From positions 15,180 through 79,179 of the forward strand of contig JAAUZB010000058.1 of assembly GCA_014804775.1 (NCBI GenBank): a stretch of 64,000 nucleotides of DNA, written 5' to 3'. Under the pieces are notes generated by a model that searched no databases, was not told the origin of the DNA, and was given only the letters and a program-made list of their open reading frames with translations. The stretch comes from Roseburia sp. Its GTDB lineage: Bacteria > Bacillota > Clostridia > Lachnospirales > Lachnospiraceae. Shown here in pieces: positions 62,000-64,000 of the stretch; within the stretch, counting starts at the first letter, position 1, and each line of letters opens with the position of its first letter. The position numbers were made by a program, and so were the translations under genes.

Positions 62000-62059
62000 A
62001 CTTAATTTCCTCATAAATGCAGGGTTATTGAGTTCCTTACAAACTGGAGTAATATTCGG

Positions 62060-62407
62060 CTACTCCATGTATGTTCCACCCGTATTTTCTTTATTGAGAG
62101 TTCCCTCAACTTCAATCAATAGGCATTTGACTAATGCTTTACATATAGGACGATGTTTCGTTCCTTTAGGAATAATTAAAAAATCCCCTTCACACAAATG
62201 TGTCAATCCATCCTCAAATTCAATGTCAAATTCTCCCTCAATACAGTAGAACATTTCATCGGAATTTTCGTGTATATGAAAATCTAAAGTTCTATTTTCA
62301 GCCTGCAACACATTTAACATATGATTATTCAACGTACCTACTCTCTTATAGCGGAATAGCTCATCAATCATATTTACATTCTCTTTCAAATTTACTTTTT
62401 GTATCAT
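62060..62407 (-). CDS. Cupin-domain protein
   Basis: FHIHENSDEMFYCIEG, IIPKGTKHRP. Confidence 0.9.
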   Translation of the reverse strand: MIQKVNLKENVNMIDELFRYKRVGTLNNHMLNVLQAENRTLDFHIHENSDEMFYCIEGEFDIEFEDGLTHLCEGDFLIIPKGTKHRPICKALVKCLLIEVEGTLNKENTGGTYME

Positions 62408-62514
62408 TTTTTTCTCCCATTCAAATTCCCAATTCATAGATTTGATTATATCACTTCCATTCTCCGTTTACCACTATAAAATATAGGGCATAGCAACCGC
62501 CACGCCCACATTTC

Positions 62515-62829
62515 TTATCGTTCCAACGACTTCTCAATCTTTTGTTTCTGCCCTTTCAAGTCATTCTGCTTATCATACAAATCATTGCGCTCTTTACAGA
62601 GTTCTTTCATCCGCTCCAATTGTGCCCTCACTCCCTGCCGGCAATCCGGCTCAATCTTTTTATATTCCCCAGTCAGATTGCGGATTGTATTATTATTCGT
62701 CTTGATCTGCTCCGACAAGCATACCCAGTCTATCAAATTTTGCATTTCCTTATCCGTTTCGTAAAGGTCTGTTTCTGCCACGATTTTAGCACACAGCCTC
62801 ACCATGACTTTCTTTTCCATATCTGTCAT
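62515..62829 (-). CDS. 104-aa coiled-coil hypothetical protein downstream of mob
   Basis: Intact ORF; fragments recur at 59256 and 61180. Confidence 0.8.
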   Translation of the reverse strand: MTDMEKKVMVRLCAKIVAETDLYETDKEMQNLIDWVCLSEQIKTNNNTIRNLTGEYKKIEPDCRQGVRAQLERMKELCKERNDLYDKQNDLKGQKQKIEKSLER

Positions 62830-62850
62830 ATCCTATCAATCCTCACTTTC

Positions 62851-64000
62851 CTATCGACTCATTTCAAAAGCATGTTTTGGGCGTTTATTTGCCTTTTCTG
62901 CCTGCTCTAACACCTTTGAACGTTCCACTATCAACTGCACTTGCTCCCTACCTAGATGACGCTCTAAACGCCCAAAATCAGACGCTTTTTCCTGCAACCT
63001 CTCTATAGTATTGTTCTGTTCCATGACCTTATCTGTCAAGCGGCTAATCTGCTTCTGTTGTTTGTCCACTTTGGCGGTCAGCTTCTTTCCCTGCTCCGCA
63101 AGCTGTACGCATTTAATAGTCAAACTTTTTACCACTTCTATCAATCTCTCCACAAGCGGTAAAGCCTTTTTATCACGATAAACCTTTGCACTCATCAGCG
63201 TTCCCGGCTCCGGCAACTGCCATTTCGTATCTTCATCATAGGCGTGTATGTTCCGTTCCATGACTTCCTTAGACTGCACCATTTTATTAATCTCCTGCTG
63301 TAACTTTTTCTGCTGTTTCTCTAATTTTTCATTTTCGGATAGCAGCTTTTCTTTATCCTCTGCCAGAGTTTTCGTCTGTTCTTTCAGCAAAAGATTTGTT
63401 GTGGAAAGTTCCGATACTTCCTGCCGGATCGCTTCGCCCTCTTTCCGCATCTGCTCCGTTTCTCGTCCTACTACAATCTGCTGATGAAGAATATCTGATA
63501 ATTCTTCTTTACTGCCGGAAATTGTCTGTTCCAGTTCTGCAACCTCTTTCTGCCTTTCCTGCTTCTCAAAATCGAGTACAGACAAATGCTTGTTATGTGT
63601 GCCTAACTGTTTCCACTGTACGTCATACCGCTCCATGACTTTTGAAAGTTCCTGCTTCTCCACTTCTATCCACTGATTCCATTCCGTCATTCCTCTTGTA
63701 CCACCTTTATATCCTTGTTCTGCCAATGCACCTTTGAGGGAAACTCTTGTATCAAGCCCACGTTTGCTGTTACGGATAAACGGAACAAAATCGATGTGGA
63801 TATGCGGTGTCTGCTCGTCCATGTGCAAATGGCTAGAAAATACATACAGGTTAGGATTTCTTTTCTGAAACTGCTCCATAAACTCACATAAAATATCTTT
63901 CGCCAACTGCCCTTCTTTGCTCTGCACATTCATATCATCCTTATTGCCGATTTGGAAGATTACCTCATAAAATAATTTCTCTTGCTTTCCCCGGCGTATC
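62851..64000 (-). CDS. Mob/Pre (MOBV-type) plasmid recombination protein / relaxase, 5' part outside the window
   Basis: Frame open to the window edge (IRRGKQEKLFYEVIFQIGNKDDM...); HLHMDEQTPHIHIDFVP motif; long coiled-coil C-terminus. Confidence 0.9.
   Translation of the reverse strand, partial: IRRGKQEKLFYEVIFQIGNKDDMNVQSKEGQLAKDILCEFMEQFQKRNPNLYVFSSHLHMDEQTPHIHIDFVPFIRNSKRGLDTRVSLKGALAEQGYKGGTRGMTEWNQWIEVEKQELSKVMERYDVQWKQLGTHNKHLSVLDFEKQERQKEVAELEQTISGSKEELSDILHQQIVVGRETEQMRKEGEAIRQEVSELSTTNLLLKEQTKTLAEDKEKLLSENEKLEKQQKKLQQEINKMVQSKEVMERNIHAYDEDTKWQLPEPGTLMSAKVYRDKKALPLVERLIEVVKSLTIKCVQLAEQGKKLTAKVDKQQKQISRLTDKVMEQNNTIERLQEKASDFGRLERHLGREQVQLIVERSKVLEQAEKANKRPKHAFEMSR

Larger units (their letters stand above)
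59256..64000 (-). mobile_element. Tandem stack of integrative mobilisable element relics apparently targeting the tuf 3' end
   Basis: Two tuf-end copies, three copies or fragments of the same backbone gene, Mob/Pre, different cargo in each module. Confidence 0.7.

Overview
Clostridial DNA, most like Lachnospiraceae (judged from ribosomal-protein signatures). It falls into three zones. (1) 1-17.1 kb: the complete S10-spc-alpha ribosomal protein superoperon on the minus strand, rpsJ to rplQ, including secY, adk, map, infA and rpoA. (2) 17.1-41.6 kb: housekeeping and metabolic genes (trkAH, corA, EamA, pyrF, an InlB-repeat surface protein, tRNA-Pro(CGG), panBCD with a structured leader, glgX, an ECF sigma/anti-sigma pair, ALDH, a PPTase). 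(3) About 41.7 kb to the end: a visibly more AT-rich accessory zone. It holds resistance-like genes behind leader-peptide attenuators, a class D beta-lactamase-like lipoprotein, an IS5 relic, and stacked relics of an element that appears to integrate at the 3' end of tuf (two displaced EF-Tu C-terminus plus terminator copies, and a Mob/Pre gene at the window edge). The best candidate for an undescribed system is a RiPP-like cluster at 53.6-59.0 kb. It encodes an unannotated 33-aa Cys-rich precursor (MKYRKPVVLDAKLVRAAVCGGGSPCGRPCSKKA), a radical SAM/SPASM enzyme with a probable RRE, a class II UvrA-like ATPase lacking the UvrB-binding domain (DrrC/Ecm16-type), and a second radical SAM/SPASM enzyme. 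All calls were made by eye; no database searches were run.
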